This document shows, one piece after another, positions 50,601-61,600 of a stretch of 64,000 bases of DNA; position 1 is the first letter of the stretch; each line of letters opens with the position of its first letter. The notes beneath the pieces were generated by a model. It searched no databases. It saw only the letters and a program-made list of their open reading frames with translations, and had not been told where the DNA came from. Both the position numbers and the translations under genes were made by a program. The stretch is from positions 1 through 64,000 of the forward strand of contig CBFFRP010000014.1 of assembly GCA_965644295.1 (NCBI GenBank), written 5' to 3'. Source of the stretch: Paraphysomonas bandaiensis. Lineage: Eukaryota > Protista > Chrysophyceae.

Positions 50601-51955
50601 GTTAGATGATATGAGTTTAGACTACGGAGCTTTAGAGGAGGCTTTCAGTCAAAGTGATGAAAGAGCGTCTGCATCCATACGTTCGTCAATGACCTCGAAA
50701 CCCACCACGATCAGCCTGTTGGATGGAAAGCGTACCCAGAATGTACTCATATCAGCTGGGCGTATTCGTAAAACTCCTGAAGCGATGGTGAGTATGGCTA
50801 TTTCCCTAGATCCATCACAACTCACCCTTGAATTAACGGAAATTATGCAATCACTTGTACCAAGTGCAGAGGAGATTGCCTCCTTACGTGGGTTTGGTGG
50901 GAACGTCATGGAGCTTGGAAAAGCTGAAAAACTTTTGCTAGCATTGGGTAATGTCCCTAGACTCAAGGAACGGCTCGACTACCACCGCACTGTATTTACT
51001 TGGGATCGCACAGCGGATTCATTAACAGCTGCAAATAGCGTGGTATCCCGCGCTTGCAAGGAGCTCGTCGCTTCAGAAGCTACGACAAAGTTATCAGTTG
51101 TACTCTCTGTTGTCCTAGCCGTTGGGAACTTTATGAATGGAGGTTCATCGCGCGTGGCTACTGCGGTAAAACTGGACAGCTTATTAAAGCTGAACAATGT
51201 CAAAGCCGCCGGGGGACATAAAGGCACTTTATTGCATTTTGTTGTGCGTCAGCTGAAACAAAACTATCCTGAAGCGGTGAATTTTTATGAGAGCTGGACT
51301 TGCGTGAGTGCCGCTAGCGAGGTGTCGTTCAGTCAAGTGCAAAGCGATGTTAACACCCTAAAGGTTTGATAACATAGTTGTAGTTATATTATTCACGGAG
51401 TTATATATTCAGGGCGATGTGGAAAGAATTGAGGGCGAGTTGACTACTCTGCGGTCAATGTCTGATACTATTAGCACTGATATTTTGGAAACTGCAGAGG
51501 CACGCTTCGGCCCATTTGTTGATCGTGCTCATGTTCGGGTTGGACAGCTGAGCGAGGCGATAAATACAACCGCTGGATCCATCACGTCAGCTGCCAGTAC
51601 ATTTGGAGAGGTCATCAACCCCACGTCAGGAGGTGCTGATGGAGATACATGCCAAGCGTTTTTTCGCACACTCGCTGAAGTTGTGCATATCTTCCGCAGA
51701 GCTGTGGAGGACGTAGATCAGTGGGACGCTGAGGAGGCAAAGCGTTTGCAGAGGAGCAATACTCGAGAGAGCTCGGTCAGCCCGGCTCCTGAGTCTTCTG
51801 AACTTAAAACTGACTCGGATTCCCAGACAAGAAAGGACAATCACGACAACCTTTTCGGGAGGTTTAGAAACCAACAAGAGGCTTCTACAGATGACATTAT
51901 CAACCAACTTAAAGCAAAGATGAAGTTAAGAAAATTAAAAGAAGAAGCTGACTAG
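47609..51955 (+). CDS. Formin: GBD/FH3 region with PH domain, atypical FH1, FH2; introns 49611-49669 and 51364-51412
   Basis: KMTLDKKW, WMEAFVDANGI, CSVKAIINN (GBD/FH3); KTRFFYLNGETLQWW...AKESWIIAL (PH); MKALFWSKL, LLDGKRTQNVLI, LAVGNFMN, KLDSLLKLNNVK, TLLHFV (FH2). Confidence 0.93.
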
Positions 51956-52516
51956 CCGATATATATATTTATACATATCGAATAGTGTAAGAAAGTGTCT
52001 TGACATCTCGCGTCGTTTCTCAGCGAAGTAAATTAGCCGACGAAGTCTCAGATTATTATCAATGATATGCCTTGTTCACTGCTCCTTGCGATATACTTGT
52101 GTGTGTAGTGAGTAACTAAAGCAGTGACTTAAGATACTTGCACAAACTATTTTCCTCCTAGTGGATATAACATATAAGTTTTTATTAGCTTGGCGGTGGG
52201 ATCAGGTATTGGAGACAGAAGACAGATGTAGAAATTTTATCACACAAGTACTTTTAAGTGTTTCTCCCGTTTCACACATTAAGACAATATATTGTTAAAT
52301 ACACAATATACACCACCTGTTACGATTTTCAGCAAACATGAAAATTCGCATAACACTAGAGTCCATTTTGTGTTACACACTGACATAACATAACAAAACA
52401 TTTACTCTTTGCTGTAATTATAAATGATAAACATATAGTAAAATTATCACTTGTCATTCACTGTCAATCGCCAAATTCATATTATCTCAACTACCAATCT
52501 TCCTCAATAAAATCGG

Positions 52517-54072
52517 ACTCGCATCTTTTTGTGGTATTCTGGGGGATAAGTATCAGAGAGATTCTCTCTGGGAAACTATCGTGAGCCGCAAACATAGACA
52601 GCTGATATTGTTCTGCCCACTCGTAGTCGAATGATTGTGTGGCACAAGGGATACTGAAAAAGTGTCACTTGTGTAGACATCTTTGGGCCCTGATGAATAC
52701 ACATCAGGTTTGCGTAACAATTAATTGGTTTTCAATTCATTGGCAATAATTTCCAATTACTTGGATTGCCAATTAAATTAATTGGTTTTAAAAGTGATAA
52801 TTTTATTGGTAAATCTTGCCAATTAATTGGCTGGATAAATGATATATAGCATCTTACGATATCTAGCTACTGATGTTAGGTACACGCCCATTATATGTTA
52901 GCAGAGTAGTATGGATGTATGTGTACAGGCACGTTATCATTTTATTAATCGTAATTAGGATTAGTATACACTTTAACCTAGGCATGCAAGAGTAAGTAAT
53001 AATATATATATCATGTCAAAGATCGTTGACAAAGAACAAACTGAGCACCTCCATAACGATTCAAACTGAGCACCTCCATATAACGATTGTCTAGATACGT
53101 AGCATATATAATGTGATAGCATATTCAACTGCTTCGAAATATTCAAGTATAGTAATGTAAATGACGTTATAATATAAGTGTACCCATTAGGTACCACTAC
53201 CAGAGGAAGAGAAGTATGTGTGTGTGCAAGAATACCTTAATGCAGAGGATTCGTAGTGTGTGTATAAGAAAAATGAACTAGAAGCATTGGATAGCCATAC
53301 TTATCATTCTTATTTATTCAATAGGATGTCATCGAATGAACAAATTTGATGATTTACTTCGTCAGTACCCTGGGATGAAATTTCACCTGGTGGATGCAGA
53401 CGCGGAAATTGTTCAAAATGCAGATTTCGAGAGAGCAGTAGTCAAAATTCAGCGGTAGAGAGAGCAGCGGTAGGGAAGAAGAACTGAACCGCGCCGAAAA
53501 AGCACAGGTGCGACGCTTTTTGATAAATGATGTACCTGCACACGAAGGTGAACTCGATGAAGAGAACGATGAGGAGGAGGAAGACGAGGCCATTCGTATA
53601 CTTAAAGAAAAGCGCAAAAAAGCACACATCAAATTTCCAACACGATATCGTTGCATGAAGCACTTGTACAGCACTACCAATGTTTGTGAGAGGTTGTTTA
53701 GCAGAGCTAAGGTTGTTATGACTAGAATTTTGCAAGCGAATGACACCTAGACCCTTAAAAAGTTGAATTTTCTGCGTGAAAATGTTAATGTTTTTGGAAT
53801 GAGGTTATAGTTCAGAAAATTATTCTAAAATCTATCAATAGAATTGGATGCTTGATTAATAATTGCAATTATTATTGTTGGACACCTGTCACCAATTAAT
53901 TGGCAATTAATTGTTATGCAAGCATCCGGGAATGGGCCCACCTCAAGGGCATCCGGAGTATTGGGCTGCCTGCTGAAGTCACAGGGAGACGTCTATCTAG
54001 GTTGACTAGTTTCATCTAGCTACTGAGCTGGTGCTGATTCTTAACACCTATCGCTAATAATAAAACTTTCAA
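52517..54072 (+). mobile_element. Retroelement-like repeat (52517-52704 plus 53924-54072) split by a hAT insertion
   Basis: Both halves align in order to the reverse complement of 42287-42690; tail GCTAATAATAAAACTTTCA. Confidence 0.7.
52705..53923 (+). mobile_element. Non-autonomous hAT element
   Basis: TIRs CAGGTTTGCGTAACAATTAATT / AATTAATTGTTATGCAAGC; YSTTNVCERLFSRAK remnant; strong similarity to 56583-58012. Confidence 0.85.
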
Positions 54073-54509
54073 TATAACTACCAATTTTTTTCTTAGATAT
54101 ATCACGATCTCATACCGTCAATATATTTCAGTTTCACTAATACGCTTGATATCATGACCTTAGTTCTCATAATACAGTTACCCACTTCTGTATTCTTCCA
54201 TTAACAGTCATAATTCATATACCTTTTAATGCTCTCAAACAGCAAAAGTATTAGCCAAACTTTGCTATTATTGATGCGGGATTATAGGGTGGTTATTACC
54301 AACCACTCAATGAGCCGAAGTGAAAAGAGAAGTTTTTGCGCTGTATACTATGAATTTCGAGTTAAACTTTACTATTCCAATGTATGAACATGCCACCCAG
54401 ACGATCACGACCCTCTAAACAGTCGTCATAGCATGTTATAGACTAAGCAAGAGTGCCAACACATGGTAGCACATGCTTACTCTTGTGTACTCCCTCACAA
54501 CGCACTCAT

Positions 54510-54720
54510 AGTTTTTGTGGTGTTCTGGGGGACAAGTACCGAAGAGATTTTCTGTAAGAAAGTAATGTGACTGCTGATATGATTGTGTGATGCAAGAAAC
54601 ACATATATATTTCTTGTGCCAAGTCTTCGTGCCTTGATGAATAAGCAGGTATTCGAGAACATTCCCACCTTTAGGGCATCTCAGACGTTTGTGCTGCAGA
54701 TAAAGTTAAGTGTCGGGATG
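54510..54720 (+). mobile_element. Further degenerate fragment of the same retroelement-like repeat
   Basis: TTTTGTGGTGTTCTGGGGGACAAGTA...TGATGAATAAGCAGG...CCACCTTTAGGGCATC. Confidence 0.6.
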
Positions 54721-55023
54721 CAACACTCTGCCTGAGTGCTCCATGCCGAATACATTCACTACATGTTCAGTATCTCTCCGGCTATTCAACTTGTGATCAT
54801 TGTCTGTGAGGTATACTGGAGGGCAGTTCGCTGAGTTGAATGTGTGTATATTGGGATAAACTCAGAGCTTACAGGCTACAGTGGCTCATGAGGTCACACT
54901 CCTTCTAACCTCTGCATGCATGTCCCCCCTGAACTACTGCTGCATTGCTACAAGTACCATGATGATGATAGCTCCACCCTTCGGAATTTAGTCAAGGAGC
55001 GTTTGGATGCAGCAGTACTGGGC

Positions 55024-55166
55024 TGTATGTATGTATGTATGTATGTATGTATGTATGTATGTATGTATGTATGTATGTATGTATGTATGTATGTATGTAT
55101 GTATGTATGTATGTATGTATGTATGTATGTATGTATGTATGTATGTATGTATGTATGTATGTATGT
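55024..55166. repeat. (TATG)n microsatellite, about 35 perfect units
   Basis: Direct reading. Confidence 0.99.
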
Positions 55167-55266
55167 GTGCAGGTACAGCAGTAGGTGGGGGGGGTATGAT
55201 GGCAGTGGGCTTTGTTTTCATGTGTGTGTTATTCATTTGTATATTTATTCTGGTCTATCGCTTGAT

Positions 55267-55800
55267 ATGGCGACTCGGGAGACAAATACGTCGAGAAATG
55301 CCGACGCATTCAAGCGTGAGCTAATTAACTTTGGAATTGAAATCACGAAGTTTCCTCGCTCTGGGTCTCCGTATGTTCGCCTCTGTGTGTGTGACGTGAA
55401 TAAGTGTCATTCTAATGTAGGGCTGCGCGAGTGATTCTGCTCAGCATGGATCCGTTACAGATATATTGGGTTGGTAAAGGAGGGAAGAGGAAATACATTG
55501 ATTTAAATAACGTAACTGCTATTACTCGAGGAAGTTATGAATCTCAAACTGAGGTCATGAGTGATGTCTGTGATTTATTGTATCTAACTCTTGATGTAGT
55601 TCCAGTATCCATCTGATGTGTTTCGCAAAGGTGGAAGACCAGAAAAGGCTGATTTCTATATATCCCTCTCTGTGCAAGGTGATGATAGAGAGAGTTTGGA
55701 CATGGAAATGGGCACCCTTGAGGATGTCAAAAATTTAATTGCTGTGTTAGAGGCAATTGTACCGAATTTAGCGCCACAAAAGGATATTGATGGTAAATAA
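55267..55800 (+). CDS. Stand-alone PH-domain protein (PLC-type PH pattern), 3 exons, about 147 aa
   Basis: LINFGIEITKFPRSGSP/AARVILLSMDPLQIYW...IDLNNVTAITRG...YISL...RESLDME; two short GT-AG introns keep frame. Confidence 0.8.
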
Positions 55801-56231
55801 GATTTAATTAGAGATATGGACGAGACGTGAATGCTTTTGATGATGAATATGTGTCGAATACTTAAATAGAAGTACATGTGATGTGATGAAACAAGGGATG
55901 ATTGAGCGTTGTATTGAAAATGAGTATGATGCACGTAAAAACATTGTCTCATTATCACAATGGAGTATGCGTATAATACGAGACGTAAGCATTCAATGTA
56001 TGCTAATGAAGTGTCTGTGTATTTACGGGAGTTAAAATATATTGCGATACAATCTAGTACCCCCGCTGTACTATCGACTGGTGCAACAAGAAAATGTCGA
56101 GTTTGTATTGTACGACTGTAGGACTTTCATTGCATGCTTATCTTGATGTCTTGATAAACAATTATATACTGATTTATACAGTAAGTTAGCCTAAATACAG
56201 CAATTTGTAATGAAAACAATTTCTTGTTTAC

Positions 56232-56528
56232 GGAGCCTTCCGGAAAAGGGCCAACTCATTGGCATCCGGGGTATTGGGCTGCCTGCTGAAGTCAAGCATC
56301 CGGGCTGTTCACCTTAAGGACTCAAAAATCCTGAAATTATGTCAGGTATATCAACATTCTGCTTGCTCACTGCGTTTGCTTTGAGTGATAGAGCGGAGGT
56401 GGTTGCACCTTGGTGCTTGCGGTGACGTACAAGCAGCTTTCGTAGAGTCAAATAGTAGGATATCAGAGTTAAACTCCAGTTAGCTAAACTCTTACGCGCC
56501 TATCATTGCTAATAATCAGACATTCACA
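56232..56528 (+). mobile_element. Retroelement-like repeat 3' end with conserved stem-loop
   Basis: GGCATCCGGGGTATTGGGCTGCCTGCTGAAGTC; stem-loop 56401-56438; tail GCTAATAATCAGACATTCA. Confidence 0.7.
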
Positions 56529-56582
56529 CTCATTTTCTGTACTCTTTTCGTATTAGTTTCACTTTTCCTGATGACTCTTGTT

Positions 56583-58012
56583 CAGGCTTGCGTAACAAGT
56601 AACAACTAATTGCTTTTAAAAGTGATAATTTCAATTATTATTATTGATGAATGTTGCCAATTAATTGACTGGCTAAACTATATATTTATAGCATCCTAAG
56701 ATGTATAGCTACTGATCATAGGTATAAACCCATTATCTGTAAGCATGGAAGTGTGGATGTATATGCACAGTCATGTTATCATTTTATTAATCATAATTGT
56801 GTGTAACAGTCAGTATGCGGGTTAGTATACACACACTTTAACCTCAGCACGCAAGAAAGTAATATTTTGCATGTCAAAGATTGTTGGCAAAGAACAAACT
56901 TAGCACCTCCACAACTATCGTCTAGATACATATATTAGCACATAAGGTGATTGCAGATATTCAATGGCTTCGAGATATATTATTGAAGTATTTAGTGTAA
57001 ATAATGATATTATAAGTGTATCCGTTAGGTACCACAATCAGAGGAAAAGAAGTATGTGTGTGCAACAATACACTCATACCAAGAAACCGTAGTGTGTGTG
57101 TACAACAATAATAGACCAAAATGCTTATCAATATTATTTTTTATTCAACAGGATGGCATCGTATGAACAAATTTCACGAGTATATTTTGAACTAAAAGAG
57201 GAACTACCAAATGGGGTTTGTAAAGGGCAATATGCAGAGACTGTCCAGTCGAAAAGGGCCTATTGAGGCGACTTTTCATCATCACATCGATTTTATAATA
57301 TGATATGATCAAGAGGTATATAATATTATGATACTATTCACTCATCTGCGTGAGTGTGACTTTGATGTTGATGTGTTGCGATTAATCTCAAGCGAAGTGA
57401 ATCATGCCAGGATAGGAGTGCTTTTGAGTGTTTTAACATCGTCTGTAAACTTTTGAAATTAGATGGAGAAGAATAGCTTGATCTAGATGATGTCCGGGTA
57501 CAATTTGAGAGTTTAGTTCGTCAGTACCCTGGGATGAAATTCCACCTGGGTGCAGACGCCGAAATTTTCAAAATGCAGATTTCGAGAGAGCAGTAGTCAA
57601 AATTAAGCACACGTGCGAAGAATTTTGATAAATGATGTACCTGCACACGAAGGTGAACTCGATGAAGAGAACGATGAGGAGGAGGAAAACTTAAAGACAA
57701 CCAAAAACGTCAATAAAGAACACATCAAACTGTCAACATGATATCGCTGCATGAAGCACTTGTATAGCACTACCAATGTTTGTGAGAGGTTGTTTAGCAG
57801 AGCTAAGGTTGTTATGACTAGATTTTGCAAGCGAATGACACCCAGACCCTTAAAATGTTGAATTTTCTGCTTGAAAATCAGCATCTTTGGGATCAGATTA
57901 TAATTCTAAAACCTAGCAATATAGAACTCAAGGCAATTAATTGGATGCTTGACTAATAATTGCAACTATTATTGTTGCACATCTGTCATCAATTAATTGT
58001 TACGCAAAAATG
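56583..58012 (+). mobile_element. Non-autonomous hAT element with 8-bp TSD
   Basis: CTCTTGTT at 56575-56582 and 58013-58020; TIRs CAGGCTTGCGTAACAA / TTGTTACGCAAAAATG; CERLFSRAK remnant. Confidence 0.92.
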
Positions 58013-58199
58013 CTCTTGTTCACTGCTCAATAGTCGTAAATGTAAGGATTTGCGTCTGCAAAGATAAAGTATGCCTTATTAGTTTACGAAAAACTACGTA
58101 AATTAAATGTACTAGATACTAAGTAGGTGTTGTAGATGAATTTTATCTAACTTTTACTATGACTTGCTAATTCTGCTGGTCTATGAACAATGATGAAGT

Positions 58200-58410
58200 C
58201 AGCAGATGTCAGGTATATCAACATTCTGCTTGCTCAATGAGTTTGCTTTTTGAGTAAGAGTGAAAAAATGGTTGCACCTTGGTGTGTGCGGTGACACACA
58301 AGCAGCTTGCGTAGCGTAATATAGTAGGATAATAGAGTTTGTATTAGTTAAATTGTTTTGCTAAATTAGTTCTGACTCTTAAACGCCTGTTGCTAATAAT
58401 AAGACATTCA
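58200..58410 (+). mobile_element. Retroelement-like repeat 3' end
   Basis: ATGTCAGGTATATCAACATTCTGCTTGCTCA identical to 56339-56369; stem-loop 58270-58307; tail GCTAATAATAAGACATTCA. Confidence 0.7.
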
Positions 58411-58662
58411 CGGCGAATTTCTTCTGCAGATTGAGATATATTATTCTTAATTAGGTAGAAAGGACATGACACTATAAATTACGGGAACTACTGTATCGCT
58501 AACAGTATCCCTGGGGTAACCTCTTCCAGTGCTTCGTATAGCTTCGGCGAAATAGAGTAATTATTTTCTTATGTTACAGAACACATAGATGTACACCGAT
58601 CTGACACTATATACAACAATACCACATATGAAGCAATTCTATTCACCTACTCTATATCTCGT

Positions 58663-61600
58663 CTAATAATCCCCATCGTCACCAGTTATAACGGAAGATT
58701 TTAATAGTCCGAGAAATTCATCCTCCGCGATAGTATCAGATACAAATGAAGATTGGGATGTCCTAGACTTTCCCGCTGACGAGCTACGCTGTCTGCCATG
58801 TTCGCTGGAGTCACCTTTACTCCTTGCAGTTTGCTCCTCCTCCACAGTCCCGCTCTCTTTTCTTCCAAAACCAATCAACCCATAGTCGTCGTCGTCCCCC
58901 TCTTCTATATTCGGAATTAATGAGTTGAACTCTGAGCGAGTTTCATCACCGCCAGCATTCTTTTCTTCTTCGGGCTTCGCTTCTGGTATGGGCTGCCAGT
59001 CTAAATCTCCAATGCTTCTACCTCGATACCTCTTCTTTCGTTTCTCTTTGGCGCCAAGAATGAGTTTAGTATTGGCGATCTTCTTTTCAGGGGACATCTG
59101 CATACGCCCAAGAACACTAAGAGAGTCTCGAATCAATCGCTTTTGCTCCTGGACAAGTTCGTACGCTGTAAATTCAATAAACATATCTAACATCGCCGAG
59201 CCAAGTGAATCAGAAATATGACCCCATTCATCTTCATTTGCTTTGGTCGGGAAAAATCGCGCACCCATAGTACTATAATCCCTCTTTGCACCCGTGTTAG
59301 CTTTGATACGAGAGGCTAACGATTGGTGATCAACATCGATATCATCTTTCTCAGGAAACAGCTCAGCATTCAACTTTTCTTTGCGGAACATTCTATTGCC
59401 TAGTGAGTACTGATCAATGTCTGTTGCCAGTTTATAAACTCTACTATGCTTTTCAAACAGCTTCCCGCGACTCAGCTGAATTTCTTTCATCTTCGCATCA
59501 GTCTTCGCCGCACCGTTAAGACGCCGACGCTCTTTATCATATTCGGCCAATTCTGCTTTCGTTAACTGATCTGGGTTAGCTTTTCTGACAATCAATCGCA
59601 TTCCCGGATAGCATTCCCGTGTTTCTTTTATCCCATTCCACTTCATCAAAGTCTGCATGTCGATATCGTATAGACGAGCAATTCCTGGAAGGGTGTCCCC
59701 TTTATCCATACTGTGATACTTATCTGCTGGGGCATGTCGTTTCTCTCCCCACTTCCAATATCGTAGAGTGCTGTCTCTTGAAGCACTGATGATTCGCTCC
59801 GTATCAAATGCTAGTGTCACCACTTGGCCAGTGTGCCCACGAAGGGTTTGCAAAACAGTCCCAGTACCGATATCAGTGACACACACGTTGTTGTCCGCTC
59901 CACCGCTCACAATTCCTACACAAATAATTAAGAGCGACATATAAGAACACGTAGATAAACTCACTCGTCGCATCAAATTGAATACAGTTCACTTTTCCCA
60001 CGTGAACATTCTTGACTCGTCTGATAATTTCCCCCGTCTCTATCCACCATATGATGAGCTGTCCAATTCTGTCACCCGACACAACCTCCAGTTTTCCGTA
60101 ACGTGCACACGTTACAGGTGCACCGTGCCCCTGTAATCGAAATTTCGTGTCTACGGTGGTGGTGTGCTTTGACTTTTCACGGATCTCCCATACTCTTACC
60201 TCTTCATCTGCAGACGCCGTAACCATCCATGTCGGGCCAAGATGGATGTCCAAGACACTTTCACTGTGGCCATGAATGACTCGAATTTCCTGTCCTGTAT
60301 GTTTATTCCACAAGCGAATTGTCGCATCGGCCCCTCCACTCATCAGCATATGGCTATACAACGCTAATGTCACGATCGTTCCATCATGGCCCCGGAGAAC
60401 CATTACACGTTTGCGGGTAACGATATCCCATACCATAATGGTTTCATCAGCCGAACCACTGTACACTCTGTTCTGGTCGTATGCCAAACACGTGACTACT
60501 GCCACATGACCTTTCTTGTCTCCAATACGAGACCTTTCATCACCAGCAAAAATATGAATCAACTCTCCATTGTGGTAGTCAATGAGATGAATATTACTGC
60601 TTTCAGCACACGCAAAGTTCTCTACCCCTCCGGTTGCCATTCCAGTCACTTCATCACTCGCAGCATTTGCTGGGTTAAAAGCAATTGCCCGAAACGGGCG
60701 ACTATGCTTCACTTTTTGCATTAGGTTTCCTTGCTCTACCGCAATATCATCGTCACATCCAGCAATCTTATCCTCAGCATTTTTCAAGCGGGTTTTGATT
60801 GCTGCTTCAGTATCCTTTTCTCTTTTATAATCTTCTAGCACAAGAAGACGTCTCTGATGAAGCCTCGTTTTAACTTCTTCCACATTTACCATCTGAGGCT
60901 GGTCGTGAACTAAGTGCGACATCATTTCGAAGTCATCAGTCGAAGATGCAATATCTAGTTCCTTCTGAATAGCCCCCAGAAGACTTTCAATGTTGCCAAC
61001 CACCTTTAGCTGATTTTCAAGTACTTCGCCTTCTCTCTCCAGGTATTCGTGGAGTTCTTGTAATTCTGCTCTCAAAGTCAGGGTCTTTGGAGTTATTCTT
61101 TCCATTTGAACCTCCAACTCAAAAGCAGCCGCATTCAGGCGAAGCCTCACAGTCATATCATTAAGCTTGTCAGAAATTTTCGCAAGTTTATCTTTCAATT
61201 CGTTCTCTATTGATGATATCCTGGCATCGTAGATTTTCACCAAATCATCCTTGCCCAGCCTCTTATAACATTCCCTCATAGCAACTAGGCATCCACAATG
61301 CTTGGGAATATTTCCCAATAACTCGAATCTACTTTGTGCAATTTCAAGGTATCGAATAGCTTCAAGATAATCAAATCTCCCCAAATATCCGCTTCCTAAA
61401 CCAAAATAAGCCTCGGCAGTTTCCACTTTATCGCCGATCTCGTTCGCTAAACTCATCTGTCGATCGAAGTCTACAATAGCCCGATCCCAGCGTTCTTGGC
61501 GAAGATACAGTTTACCAAGCCGCCCGTGACATATAGCTAAGTACTTGATGTTTACAGGAGGTCGCGAGCGAATAGTTATGATTTGGGCGTCATAACAGTT

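Noticed and set aside
52685-52710. Hammerhead ribozyme core (CTGATGA)
   Set aside because: No correctly placed GAAA or flanking stems; sequence is interrupted by a hAT element
54916-55434. ORFs with CMYV / HTYI repeats
   Set aside because: Translations of the (TATG)n microsatellite; the real gene starts at about 55267
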